From Marsupella aquatica (lineage: Eukaryota > Plantae > Marchantiophyta): a stretch of DNA of 64,000 nucleotides. Below, piece by piece: positions 25,401 through 36,324 of this stretch (its first letter is position 1; the number at the start of each line of letters is the position of its first letter). Below the pieces are notes generated by a model. The model worked only from the letters and a program-made list of their open reading frames with translations, did no database searches and had not been told where the DNA came from. The position numbers were made by a program, and so were the translations under genes. The DNA is taken from NCBI GenBank assembly GCA_973895155.1, contig OZ316894.1, forward strand, positions 21,485,867-21,549,866. The letters are read 5' to 3'.

Positions 25401-27552
25401 ATTTGGACGGTGCTAGATCAAGCGACTGAGGTGACTGAAAACTAACAACCCAAAATGCATTGTCACTTTGCAGGGCGTTGTTGATACTCGTACTTTGAAG
25501 CTTGAAAATGGCGGGCATGAGAAGCTGTTCCTTCGAAATACCACCTTCTCTAAGTTTACATATCTTCAGTCCTTGATATTGAAGGGTGTGGAGATGATGA
25601 TAGGGGAGACTTCACTACAACTCCCACCATCAGTAGTCTATTTGAGCTGGAGCCATGGTTTGTTTGAAGTTTGTCCTTTGGATTTCAGCAAATTGGAAAG
25701 TTTATTTGTTCTAGACCTCTCATACTGCAGAGCTATGAAATCACTCCCATCGAGCCTTAGGAATGCAAGGAAGCTCACATGGTTGGAGTTGAAAGGTTGT
25801 CGATCGTTGAAGGATCTGGGGGTATTGAAACTCTGCCATCTAAAGCACTTGGGATTGAGTGGGACCTGCTTGACCCACGTACCACGAAACCTTGACCAGT
25901 TCAACGACCCGAAGTACTTGCTGGCCCATGACACAAAGCTAACAAAAGTTCCTCAAAGGGTCCGTGGCCTTGCGATGTTAGTGGCGCTTGATTTGAGCTA
26001 TACCAAGGTCGGCACCCTTCCAGAAGCTATTGGTAATCTCAAATCCTTGAGAGAGCTCAACCTCGAAGGCACTTTACTGCGGGCCTTGCCGGAATCAGTG
26101 GGGGAGCTAGAATGGCTGGAAACTTTGATCTTGGACCTGACTCCTTTGGAAAATCTACCGGAATCAGTTTGCAAGCTACGGTTTCTCAAACGTCTTGAAC
26201 TACGGAAAACAGAAATAAGCGCTCTTCCTGATGCGATCGGGGACCTTGTACAGCTGGAGGAATTGGGACTATGGCGAAGTAGGTTAAGGAGACTACCGGA
26301 AACAACCAGCAGGTTGTTGCGGCTGGAAGTGTTTTCAGTAACATTGGATTTGAACAACAATTGCCTCCAACATTTAGCTTCTTTGAAGTCCTTGACGAGC
26401 CTTTATCTGGACGTTGGGATCTTAGGAGAAGAGCGTGCTCTGGCACTGGGAGAGGAGCAATCACAAACAAGGATCCACTCCCTTCTCTCTCCTTTATTTT
26501 CACTACATGTACTTAATTGCGTATCGTTAAGTGGCGACAATTGCCCGCAATCTTTGCTGCCTGCTCTGTTTGGTGCATTGCATCAAATTCCATCCCTTTC
26601 GAAGTTACTATTGTGCGACTTCAAGAGTGTGGAGGTGATGCCCTATGAATTGGGGACATTGACAGGATTGACGTGGCTTGCGCTATGGGAATTTGATAGG
26701 CTCCGTGAGTTGCCCGAGTCATTGGGCAGTCTATGCGCGCTGACATCTCTGTACTTAATTGACTTGCCAAGCTTGTCCAGACTGCCCGAGTCTTTGACTG
26801 CCTTGTCATGCCTTTCCCAATTATTTATTTCTTACTGTGAGAGCTTAGAAAATCTGCCGGGGTGTTTTGGCCATTTGTCGCCTTTGGAGCAAGAGTGCTT
26901 CTCTTTGCAAAGCAACAACAGCGAAACGGTGAACTCATTTGAGCGCACAATGCCTTGTCAGCTGGACTGCTTGACACTGCGCACAGATTCATGGAAACTC
27001 TTGGAGTGCTTCTTGGAATGTTGTCAGAAACGGATATCAAGGCCAAAAGTTGTATATGATGTTAGCTGCGAGAAGATGGAGAAAGTAATGAAGGAGGCGA
27101 CTCAGGATAGAGATGGAGTAGGCTATGTGGTCGATATTAGTGTGGCCAGGGAGCTATTCACGGAAAGGAATTCAAATCAGCGAGGACAGGACAGTAGCGT
27201 CCAATTTGCTGCGGGGCGTTCTGCGTGTCATGGTCCTTGGAACCATTGTACCGGTCTTCAATCTGTCTTTATAAATTGCTATGGAACCGACAGGAAGACT
27301 GACCCCGCCAGGTGTGGTGTTCACACGATATTGGTGCGAGTGATAGATCGACGACACAGCGGTGAGGATAGTGAAAACGAAGTAGATAGTGAGATCGAGG
27401 AAGCTAATGTGCACAGCGGTATGGAGGGAGACGAATCTGACAGCGAGATGAGTGAAGATGCAAGCAGTGAGGTTGAAGAACATGGAGCTGGTTGTGCATT
27501 GAAGGAAGAGAAAACTGATAGTGAACAGACAACAAAATGGCTATCTGAGTGA
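22222..27552 (+). pseudogene. HNL-type NLR copy 3, with one 1-nt frameshift in the hydrolase exon and otherwise full length
   Basis: Exons 22222-22440, 22641-23290, 23722-23880, 24232-25314, 25474-27552. GTGGGCGGT in copies 1/2 reads GTGGCGGT at ~22985, giving a stop at 22992-22994. The NB-ARC and 694-aa LRR ORFs are open. Confidence 0.75.
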
Positions 27553-29850
27553 AAACGGATAATGCAAAAAAACCACAGGGAGATAGTCCAGCAGGGGACT
27601 CTGAAAAAGGCGTCATGCGGAAAGACGCGGTGTCCACTCATCCCTTGAGCATCCGAATGCTATTTGTGTTCTTTAAACACAAACCCGTGATGGCATGTTC
27701 TAGTCCCACAAGGAATGGCCACTGCAATCTGTAAGTCGTTCACACTCTCACAATATTGAATGTGGATGCAGCTCTGAAAATATTCCGCAAATTGTTAGGA
27801 TGTGAGTGCCTACCATTTTGCGAGGATTGGGAGAGTTCCTGTGTGTGGCAAAATTGCGCCTGAAAGAAAAGTGCTTTGAAGTCCATGCGGTTTGAGACTC
27901 CCAGAGGTTATGGCAAAGCTTCTACTCTCCGATATACTTAGGATCGCATTGCTCAGAGATCAACATCTCTCAGATTGCATTTCAGGAAGTCGGTGTCGTT
28001 GCAGTAGTTTACCTGGCTTCAGTTGATGGCAGCAGAGTCTCTTGTTGAGTTTATGGTAAGTGAATTGCTGGCTGCATTTTAAAAGTGTTCTGGCTTCATT
28101 CCGTCAGAAACTGTAGAGTTGGGGATGAATGAAACAAGTTTGAGCCGAAGGCTAGGTTCGAATGATTGAAACACTAGTTACAAAACCAGAGGTTGAAGGC
28201 ATAATCCAAGCTAAAGCGTTTACAACGTCTGTACTAGGCTCAACATTGCAGACACACTCGGGATTGTCACTGTGAATTTGCTGTGACCCTCGGGCGGCCC
28301 TCTCAACAGAGGTGGTCAACTATGAAGATACAAAATCCTGGAGGACAGGTTGGTTTCTAATCGTTTATTAATCGTTTCCTTTTTGTGCAGAGGTTGCGAA
28401 CTGATCATTTGGCTCGTTGCGTGTGAGCCCAATGTGGTCCGAGCACACTGCGATATGGACTTTTGCCATGGTGATCTTGCTGGATGTAGCACAGTCATCG
28501 TGGTCCAATGCTTGCGTGTTTGATATGGATTGGCCGAGGTAAAGAGGCATTAGCAATCTTCGACGCTCCTTTTATCGCTTATCGCAGATGGATTTTTTCC
28601 CTGCACTCCCTGCTTCTCCAGTGAACGTCAAAAATCGTGTATGCAAGATAGCAAGGGTAATAGCCACGACGAATCATCTTGACCGAGCTCAGTCACCCGC
28701 CATTGCCAGCGCTGGCTCAAGTGATGGTAGACACGATAATATACAAGTGCGCGGATTTACTCCAGTGTATTTCATAGAGACCATGCTAAACGTAATCCTT
28801 TTTGTCAACTTTTGAGGTTTCTTCCCTGACTGCTTTTGGCTAGAATGCTTTGGGCAGAAATGATTGAGAAACTAATTATAAACCGAAGATTGATGTCTTT
28901 AGCCATGGTATCTCGATATAACGTCTGTGTAGAGCCGACACACTCAGGGCATGGACCCAGAAAGGGTTGTGGATGTGAATTTGCTGCAACCTGCTGAGGT
29001 GCCTGACCCATATTACGGAGGACCTGAACCCCTTCTCCTGTAATACATCTCCTATCATTTAGTAAGTGGATAAGCCAGTCATGCTCTGTAAATCGCAATT
29101 GTCAGCAGTATGTGATGCTAGAAAATAAAGGAAGTTGGCCCGCTTGAGCGGAAAACCTTAATAGCGTGTTTTGCACTGATTTTTGATCATGTCTTTTCAA
29201 TTTGACAAGTGCCATTCAACTCTTAGTAAAACATCGTAACTTTCTCCCTGCTGGTGAATCTTTTGGAAGATGCGTGTGAAGGTTTCTTGCAGTCCATTGT
29301 CACCAAAGAGTAGTCGAGGACGCCCATGTAATAATGCTTGTGCGAACTTACTTCAAAAGCACAGACAAAATGTGTTCAGTTTCGGTGCATTGTTTCTCCA
29401 CTGCTCCCTCACCCTGAGATATGTCCAGTGTCTATCTGGACGTTGGAAGGGAATAAGAAAAACCAAGTTTTACAAAAGAAACATAATGCTGATACGGCTG
29501 TGGTCTCTTCGTGGGAATTGTGGAGGGACTGGGATCCCAAAATGATTCATTGTGACTACGATTTCGAGTTGTAATTCTCGGTTATGAGTAATTTAGTATT
29601 TTGCAGTTATCTCTTCGTTGTGCCCAACATGGGATATCGAAAGGATTCGTTCTAAGTACGTTGTGATCTTTATTTATTTAGTTTCCTTCCATCAATCTCT
29701 TCCTTGTGCCCGAAAGTCATCGCTCATTTTTCACTTTAGGAGGTAATTTTGGAAAGCCTCGTTTTGGCCCAATGGGTGCTTAATGTCTTGTTGTATTCCA
29801 TCACATTGAAACGAAACATTGGACCCTCTGCTCACACTGTAACTAACCTT

Positions 29851-29994
29851 TCTTCTCACTATAGTGACGTTTAGTGCTCCGCGAACTATGATCTCAATGT
29901 AACAAAGTCTTAAGCCTTATATCTTCTCTCACTATAGTGACGTTTAGTGCTCTGCGAACTACGATCTCAATGTAACAAAGTCGTAAGCCTTATA
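29851..29994. repeat. Tandem ~72-bp duplication
   Basis: tcttctcactatagtgacgtttagtgctc.gcgaacta.gatctcaatgtaacaaagtc.taagccttata occurs twice. Confidence 0.85.
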
Positions 29995-31477
29995 CTTCCA
30001 CTGTAGCCAGACGTCGTGCACATGGTGCCTTGGCGATCTGCAACATTTGTGGCTTTAGTGAAATGATGTGTTGCACATGGGTGCCCCTGGCTATCTGAGG
30101 ATTCTGAAGGTGAAGTCAATCATGCACCAGGAGGGAGGGAAGAAACACTGAAACCTGTCTCACATCGATTGATACTCAGATTAGTGAAGGATCAATAGTT
30201 CTACAGAGTTTGGTGACTCTGAAACATTGACTCCGAGCCAATACTTTCACTCTTATTTCGGCGCTTCATGATATGTAAAATATTGGACATGACTAAACGA
30301 TACTACATGTTTCGATGTACATGTGGCAGAGCTTCAGTTTCCTAGATCTACTTTATACACATTACGAGACTTTGAACGTTGTTGGATGAACTAGCTCATT
30401 CTGGATACTTCAAATAATTTCGTTTGTCGGTCAAATTCCAATGTGAACTTTGTAAATGCCCAGAAAAACTCCAGTCCTTTGCAGTCAGGATCGATTGACG
30501 CTGCTAGAATCCAGTTGCGCTTGTTACCCAGACGAGGACTGATATGTATCCTTAGGGAAAGCCAAGAAGGAGATACACAAGAAGATCCACAGTACTCGTA
30601 AACTAAAAGTCGTCGGAAAATGTTGCCTAATAAAGTGTCCTCTTTGATGTTTTCATCTGCCCAAATGGGGACAGAAAGTTTAGCTCTGTAAAAGGAGGCG
30701 AACTCAGAGATCAGAAAGACTTCATTAACACTTAAATTGGAAGATGGTTGATGACGACAAGGCGAAAGGTCCTTGACAGAGGAGTCCCTGGAATCGACAG
30801 CACAGAGTCGTCGGCTGAGACTGCAGAAGATCTATTTGGTTCTGTTGAGACTCGCGGTTCAGACGAGTTGATGGGAGTCAGCTAGAAAAGCTTGTGAAAA
30901 GGCCAGGAAATTCGAAAGTTGAGTCCCCACTCACCAAGCAGTAAGCTGTCCTTCCACGTAACAATCATTAAGTGTCCAGCAAGAAGGTACTTAATCAACC
31001 AGAAGGAAACTGACGACTCTTCGATTCCTTTCTTTTACATTATGATCCTTTACTAAAAACCACTATCTAGCCTTCCAACCCAATTTGGTACCATCCATCA
31101 CATCTGAACTTCCATGTCAAACAACCATCAGTAGCGTAAGACATTGATGCAAAATCCTACTGCAGAGACTCCCACCAATTTTTAACACCGAAAGGAGCAC
31201 GGAACATAGTCTTCGTCCCCCTTGTTGAGTTCTAAGATTTGCTCAACATCAATGTATCCAATGATACCAATTTTTGCTCTGCTACGGTGCAAAAAAGTAA
31301 ACCGTTCCTCAAGAATGTATATCAAACGTTTTAGGACATCAAAACTGAAAGGAAGACGAGGCTCCATTTCTTCTTGGAGCACGGAAACACAATTTCACCA
31401 TCCTATTGAAACCTAAAGCTGGCTCGTCACCCATTTCTCTACTCTTTCCATCAAATCACAAAAGCTCTAATACCTTC

Positions 31478-31912
31478 TTAACGGTAAGACTTCTGGAATC
31501 TCGAGCGAGCGCCACGTCCTCCGAACTTCTTCGGCTCACACCGCCTGGGGTCAGCCACCAGCAGAGTTCGATCGTAGCGGAGCAGAATGTCCTTAATCTC
31601 CTTCTTGGACTGCTCATCCACGTACTTCTGGAAGTAGGCCACGAGCGCTTTGGCAATACTCTGGCGAATTGCATAAATCTGCGAAGTGTAGCCTCCGCCT
31701 CTCACCCGAATGCGCATGTCCACGTTCGCAAACCTGGCACGGCCGAGAAGCAGAATCGGCTCGAAAGCCTTGTAGCGGAGGATCTCCGGCTCGACGAGCT
31801 CGATGGGGCAACCATTGATTTTGATCAAACCCCGTCCCTTTTTGCAGTATGTCACTGCCACGGCCGTTTTCTTGCGGCCGAAGCACTGGACGGACTCCGT
31901 CGCTGCCGCCAT
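31478..31912 (-). CDS. RPS16: 40S ribosomal protein S16 (uS9), intronless CDS, 144 aa
   Basis: ORF has [42 protein letters not shown] and the C-terminal [24 protein letters not shown] signature. Confidence 0.98.
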   Translation of the reverse strand: MAAATESVQCFGRKKTAVAVTYCKKGRGLIKINGCPIELVEPEILRYKAFEPILLLGRARFANVDMRIRVRGGGYTSQIYAIRQSIAKALVAYFQKYVDEQSKKEIKDILLRYDRTLLVADPRRCEPKKFGGRGARSRFQKSYR

Positions 31913-32227
31913 CGTTGGAAACTAGCAGCAGCCGTAACTTTGTCGAGCTCTTTCCTCCGATGGGATGTCGACGCCGAGCTCTGGAGCAGTGCTGCAAATT
32001 CCTTCACTTCGAATGCGCCTCGAGGAAATGCTCGAAAAAGAGGTGTTCCATCGCAATTCGGTAGACCTAAACCCTTTGCCCTAAAAGGAATCGGCGGAGC
32101 TCCGAAAAACCCGCTAAAGGGCAGGAGTTAGAACCCGGTTCCATGGAACGGAGGTGGGGGTGGGGGCAAAGGAGGTGGTGCAAGGTGGCAGCAAGTACAG
32201 GGTGAGGGAGTTTAGTGAGATCATAAA

Positions 32228-32358
32228 CCCCTCTTATAATTTTCTCTTTGTATTTTTATGGATGGTTATAAACCAAAACCTTGTGTGGTGTGCCCCTCTT
32301 ATAATTCTCTCTTTGTATTTTTATGGATGATTATGTAACCAAAACCTTGTGTGGTGTG
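32228..32358. repeat. Tandem ~65-bp duplication upstream of RPS16
   Basis: cccctcttataatt.tctctttgtatttttatggatg.ttat..accaaaaccttgtgtggtgtg occurs twice. Confidence 0.85.
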
Positions 32359-32972
32359 GGTGTTATGAGATTTTGGTTCCCCTAGCTAGCCTGCCACCTA
32401 GAGGGTTATCCAAATTCATGCACAATTTTGAGTTCAAAAATAGAATGAGACTTGGAGGGCCCTCCTGCAATTGAAAATGGGACCATATGTGAATGCCCCT
32501 TTGCTCGTGTGCTGTAGCTCTTGATCCCCCGCTAGAGTAATGAGTTGGGTGGGAATCGAGGCCGGGTACACAATGCCAGGGAATCCTAAACTCACCACTC
32601 ACCTTGCCACTCACTCATTTACCCAATATTTGTTTTTGACAAGCCTCAAGTTTCTCTGAAGGACTGGGTCTTTTTAGACTGGGGTCACAAAAACAAGTCA
32701 CCAAACTAAGAAAACTTGTGTCAAACTTAAAACTAGGGTGGGAGCTAGGGCATTGTCCTTCGGAATTTTGGACGATAGCCTTGTGAAAGTGCAAACATCA
32801 AATTAACAAATCGGGGTCCCCTTTCACTGAACTTTACAAGGGCTGCATTTAACACATAAACATTAGCAGATGAGAGTCCCTTTTCACTTGGCTTTGCTGG
32901 CCCTAATGTAGTTTATTCTAAAATAGTTCTGTATTTCACATCCTCTCTTTCCTCGCTTCCGTAGTTCACTCT

Positions 32973-34560
32973 TATGGCATCCAATGTGTTGCCGTGAGTT
33001 TTCGGTCACAAATGCGGTGTCGTACAGCACATTTGTTATCTCGTACAATCATCCATTTGAGTAGTGTTTTTATCCAGATGCCAGTGTTCAGTGCGAGGGA
33101 AAATTGGCAGGTCATGTGGGACCGGGGGAAAACAAATTTTGATTTGTGTGAAGCGCGCCTCACACATCGCTTCTAGGTTCTGAAAATCTAGGGTGCACAA
33201 AATTTTGTCTCGCGGGTTGGTGTGAAAAATTTGGCACCACAGGAAATCATGTGCACAACTGAAACTTTGAGTGTGCGGAAAAAATCATTCTTTACAGAGT
33301 TGGGAAAAAAAACTACAAAGTTAGTTGAGGGAGCCAATGGAGAGGCCGGCCAGAAATTAATCCACTTGTTCCATCATTATTAGTAGGACTCCCTGAAATT
33401 TGACTTCCTGTCGCCGGATACTTTCTGGCCGGCAGGCCCCATTTGTTGCCAAGAGTTCTAGTCGGCCTTCAGTTGCACTAGCATGAAGGTACTCTTATCA
33501 GTGAAGGTACTCTTATCAATAGGTACGTTTATCAACGATGATACTTTGATCAATGAGGGTACCCTTATCAATGAGGGCACTCTTATCAGTGAGGGTACCC
33601 TTAGCAATGAGGGTACCCTTAGCAATGAGGGTACCCTTAGCAATGAGGGTACTCTTATTAGTGAAGGTACTCTTATCAATAGGTACGCTTATCAACGATG
33701 GTACTTTGATCAATGAGGGTACCCTTATCAATGAGGGTACTCTTATCAGTGAGGGTACCCTTAGCAATGAGGGTACTCTTATCTCCTGAGGGTACCCTTG
33801 TGCATGAGGGTACTCTTATCAATGAAGGTACCTTTATCAATCGGTACGTTTATCAACGATGGTACTTTGATCAATGATGGTACTCTTATCTCCTGAGGGT
33901 ACCCTTCTACATGAGGGTAGTACTTTTATCAATGAGGGTACTCTTATCAATGTGTACGTTTATCAACGATGGTACTTTGATCAACGAGGGTGGCCTGTGC
34001 CGGCAGAAGGACTCTCACTGAACGTACTGAAAAGACCCTAAACCTCACCGGACCGGCATTTTGGGTATTACAGGGACAGATACCGGTCGAAGTACATGCC
34101 TGAATTTACCTGCTCTCTATTGGTTCCCTAAACCAGGGGTGATTTTTTTCATCAAATCCGTACATTGTATCCTAGTTTTTTTCACACATGATGTAAACCG
34201 TACATAATGTGAAATTGGGGGAGAAGAAAAAAAGCAAAAACCAAAGCAAGCAAAAAAAAATTCAGCTTTGTCGAGGAAGAAAAAAAAACTTCACCTTCAG
34301 GGGGGAAGAAAAAAACTCCAGCTTCAGGCGCGCGGGGGGGGGGGGGGGGAACTTGAGGGAGGGCAGGGAAGGAAAAACAATATGAGCTTCAGGGAAGGGA
34401 AACTTTAAGATTTTAGATGATAAATGTGTTAAAAAAAATTCTTAACCCTAAACATTGGCGCGCAAAATAGTGTTTTACCCCCAATTGTACGACATAATAA
34501 ATGTGTTGTACGACATTGTATTTGTGAACAAAAACTCACGGCAACATATTGGATGCCATA
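32973..34560. mobile_element. Non-autonomous DNA transposon, 1588 bp, ~78-bp imperfect TIRs (TATGGCATCCAAT...ATTGGATGCCATA), 6-bp TSD CACTCT
   Basis: 32973-33050 matches the reverse complement of 34484-34560. CACTCT lies at 32967-32972 and 34561-34566. No transposase ORF is present. Confidence 0.88.
33483..33991. repeat. 18-bp minisatellite (gagggtacccttagcaat / gagggtactcttatcaat) inside the TIR element
   Basis: Many tandem 17-18-bp units with a recurring higher-order block (aggtacgtttatcaacgatggtactttgatcaat). It produces the spurious RVPSL/NEGTL ORFs. Confidence 0.95.
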
Positions 34561-35720
34561 CACTCTATCTCCTTCTCGTGCTTCCCTAGTTCGCATCAAA
34601 CTCCTGCCCACAGTTGGAAACTATTTCCTTGCCTCTGTTTAATTTGCAAGATAAGAGTGATAGGCTACAGAGGCATGAGACTGATCAAATATAGAGGCAG
34701 TAGAGCAATGACAAGGAACCACCAATTTGCATATGAAATCAACATATTGATAATGGCAACTGCTTAAATACTGTACCTGTCATGAAGTGCATATTATTTA
34801 TAAATGCAATGGATGGGGGTTCTTCCGGGAAGTGTGCACTTAGAGAGAGTTCACTGTATGTTTGAGGCATCATATGTGGATATGAGGGTCACAAAGGATC
34901 ACAAGTTCTGACTATGTAACACAATTGGGTGATAATGTATAATATTTAGAAGAATCATAAATTTCAAAACTAACAGATGAGGGTCCTTGTTTCACTAGGC
35001 ACTGCTGGGCTTGATAGAATTTTCTGTAAGGTCTGTCCACAAAAACTGCTGCCAAAAGCACATGTTGTCAACTGAAGTATGAATTACCACAAAGACTGTT
35101 CCAAAAACATATATTAGAATGTGAGAAAAGAGAGGGTGAGTGGATCATGGGCAGCAGGATCTGATGCCCAACCCACCATAAACTGTCCCTTGTTTTGACT
35201 AAAAGTAGAACTCACTGTGACATAGGCCTAGTGACCACACGAGCAACATCTCTGACTCTCACCTCTAGTCTCACCCCTGTGTATAGTGCTCTGACAAAAA
35301 AAACATTCCCCTTCAATTTTAGGCAGACATGAGATGACTCACCAGTGAACCCAATGTTTATATAAACTTCAATATGTAAAGACTAATATGCAATCTCATT
35401 CTTTCTTTCTCAAGGTCTCTTTACTAAATTTTATTCTGGCAGAAGGCCTCCTACTATGATGACATTTTTTTAGTAACCATGAGATGGGTCTAAAGGTGCC
35501 ACTGCGCACCTTTTCCATGCCCAACCCGTCACTCTCCCTGCAACTCTTACACTCCTTGAAATCCTGTTGTCACACTGACTTGCCGATTCCCCATTGTGTC
35601 CAACTGCCTGACCATTTCACTTATGCTCGACAACACTTACTTTTGGCAATACTATGCAACACGGGCTGACTCCCAGACTCCCAAGCCCGTCCAATTGCCA
35701 GTCCGTCTCACTCATAATGG

Positions 35721-35997
35721 ACAACATTTACTACACTTCCTATTCTTACTAGGGTGCAACTCAGGGGCATTGGGCCAGTGGTCCACATCATTTATTAAAT
35801 ACTCCCCATATTGCGCATTGTATTTTCCCCTGCCCCCCTAGTTCACATCACCTTCTGCACAACATTTACTACACTTCCTGTTCTTACTAGTGTGCAACTC
35901 AGAGGCATTGGGCCAGTGATTCACATCATTTATTAAAATACTCCCCATATTGCGCATTGTATGTTCCCCTGCTCCCCTAGTTCACATCACCTTCTGC
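35721..35997. repeat. Tandem ~138-bp duplication
   Basis: acaacatttactacacttcct...gcattgggccagtg...ctagttcacatcaccttctgca occurs twice (35721-35858 and 35858-35997). Confidence 0.85.
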
Positions 35998-36192
35998 AGG
36001 TGCTTCCGTAGCTCACATCAGTCTCCTGTCCTCAGCTGCGGAATTATTTGCTGTCTCTCTTCTGAAAGACGAGAATCACCGAGAGCCAAAATCTTGGAGC
36101 AAATCATCAAAGTTCAGACATCGTTGCAAGAATTCCAGCAATTTCTTCAGTTGGGCAAGAAGCTGCCGACGGTGTTCCCGAATTCAGGACCA

Positions 36193-36324
36193 ATGTCTCG
36201 CCCTCTGCTCGCAAAGCTGTCGAATTTTGCCGAGTATGTGGTTTTGCCTGGAGTGATCTTCACTGCATACTTCGTGGCTCACGAGCCAGGAAGCCATGAA
36301 AAGAAGGACCCCAAGAAGAAGTAG
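36193..36324 (+). CDS. Candidate 43-aa single-pass membrane microprotein
   Basis: MSRPLLAKLSNFAEYVVLPGVIFTAYFVAHEPGSHEKKDPKKK*: basic N-terminus, central hydrophobic segment, Lys-rich tail, gene-like codon usage. A splice donor-like site (agg|gtacgt, ~36355) follows the stop and leads into T-rich intron-like sequence. Confidence 0.55.
   Translation: MSRPLLAKLSNFAEYVVLPGVIFTAYFVAHEPGSHEKKDPKKK

Noticed and set aside
31478-31912. Intronless RPS16 as a processed pseudogene
   Set aside because: The ORF is complete and conserved, and intronless RPS16 coding regions are common in plants. No poly-A tail or TSD was seen.
31406-32131. 241-aa plus-strand ORF
   Set aside because: Antisense shadow of the conserved RPS16 gene.
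33458-33789. ORFs with RVPSLL/NEGTLS repeats; possible CRISPR-like array
   Set aside because: They are translations of an 18-bp minisatellite. There are no unique spacers and no cas genes, and the context is eukaryotic.
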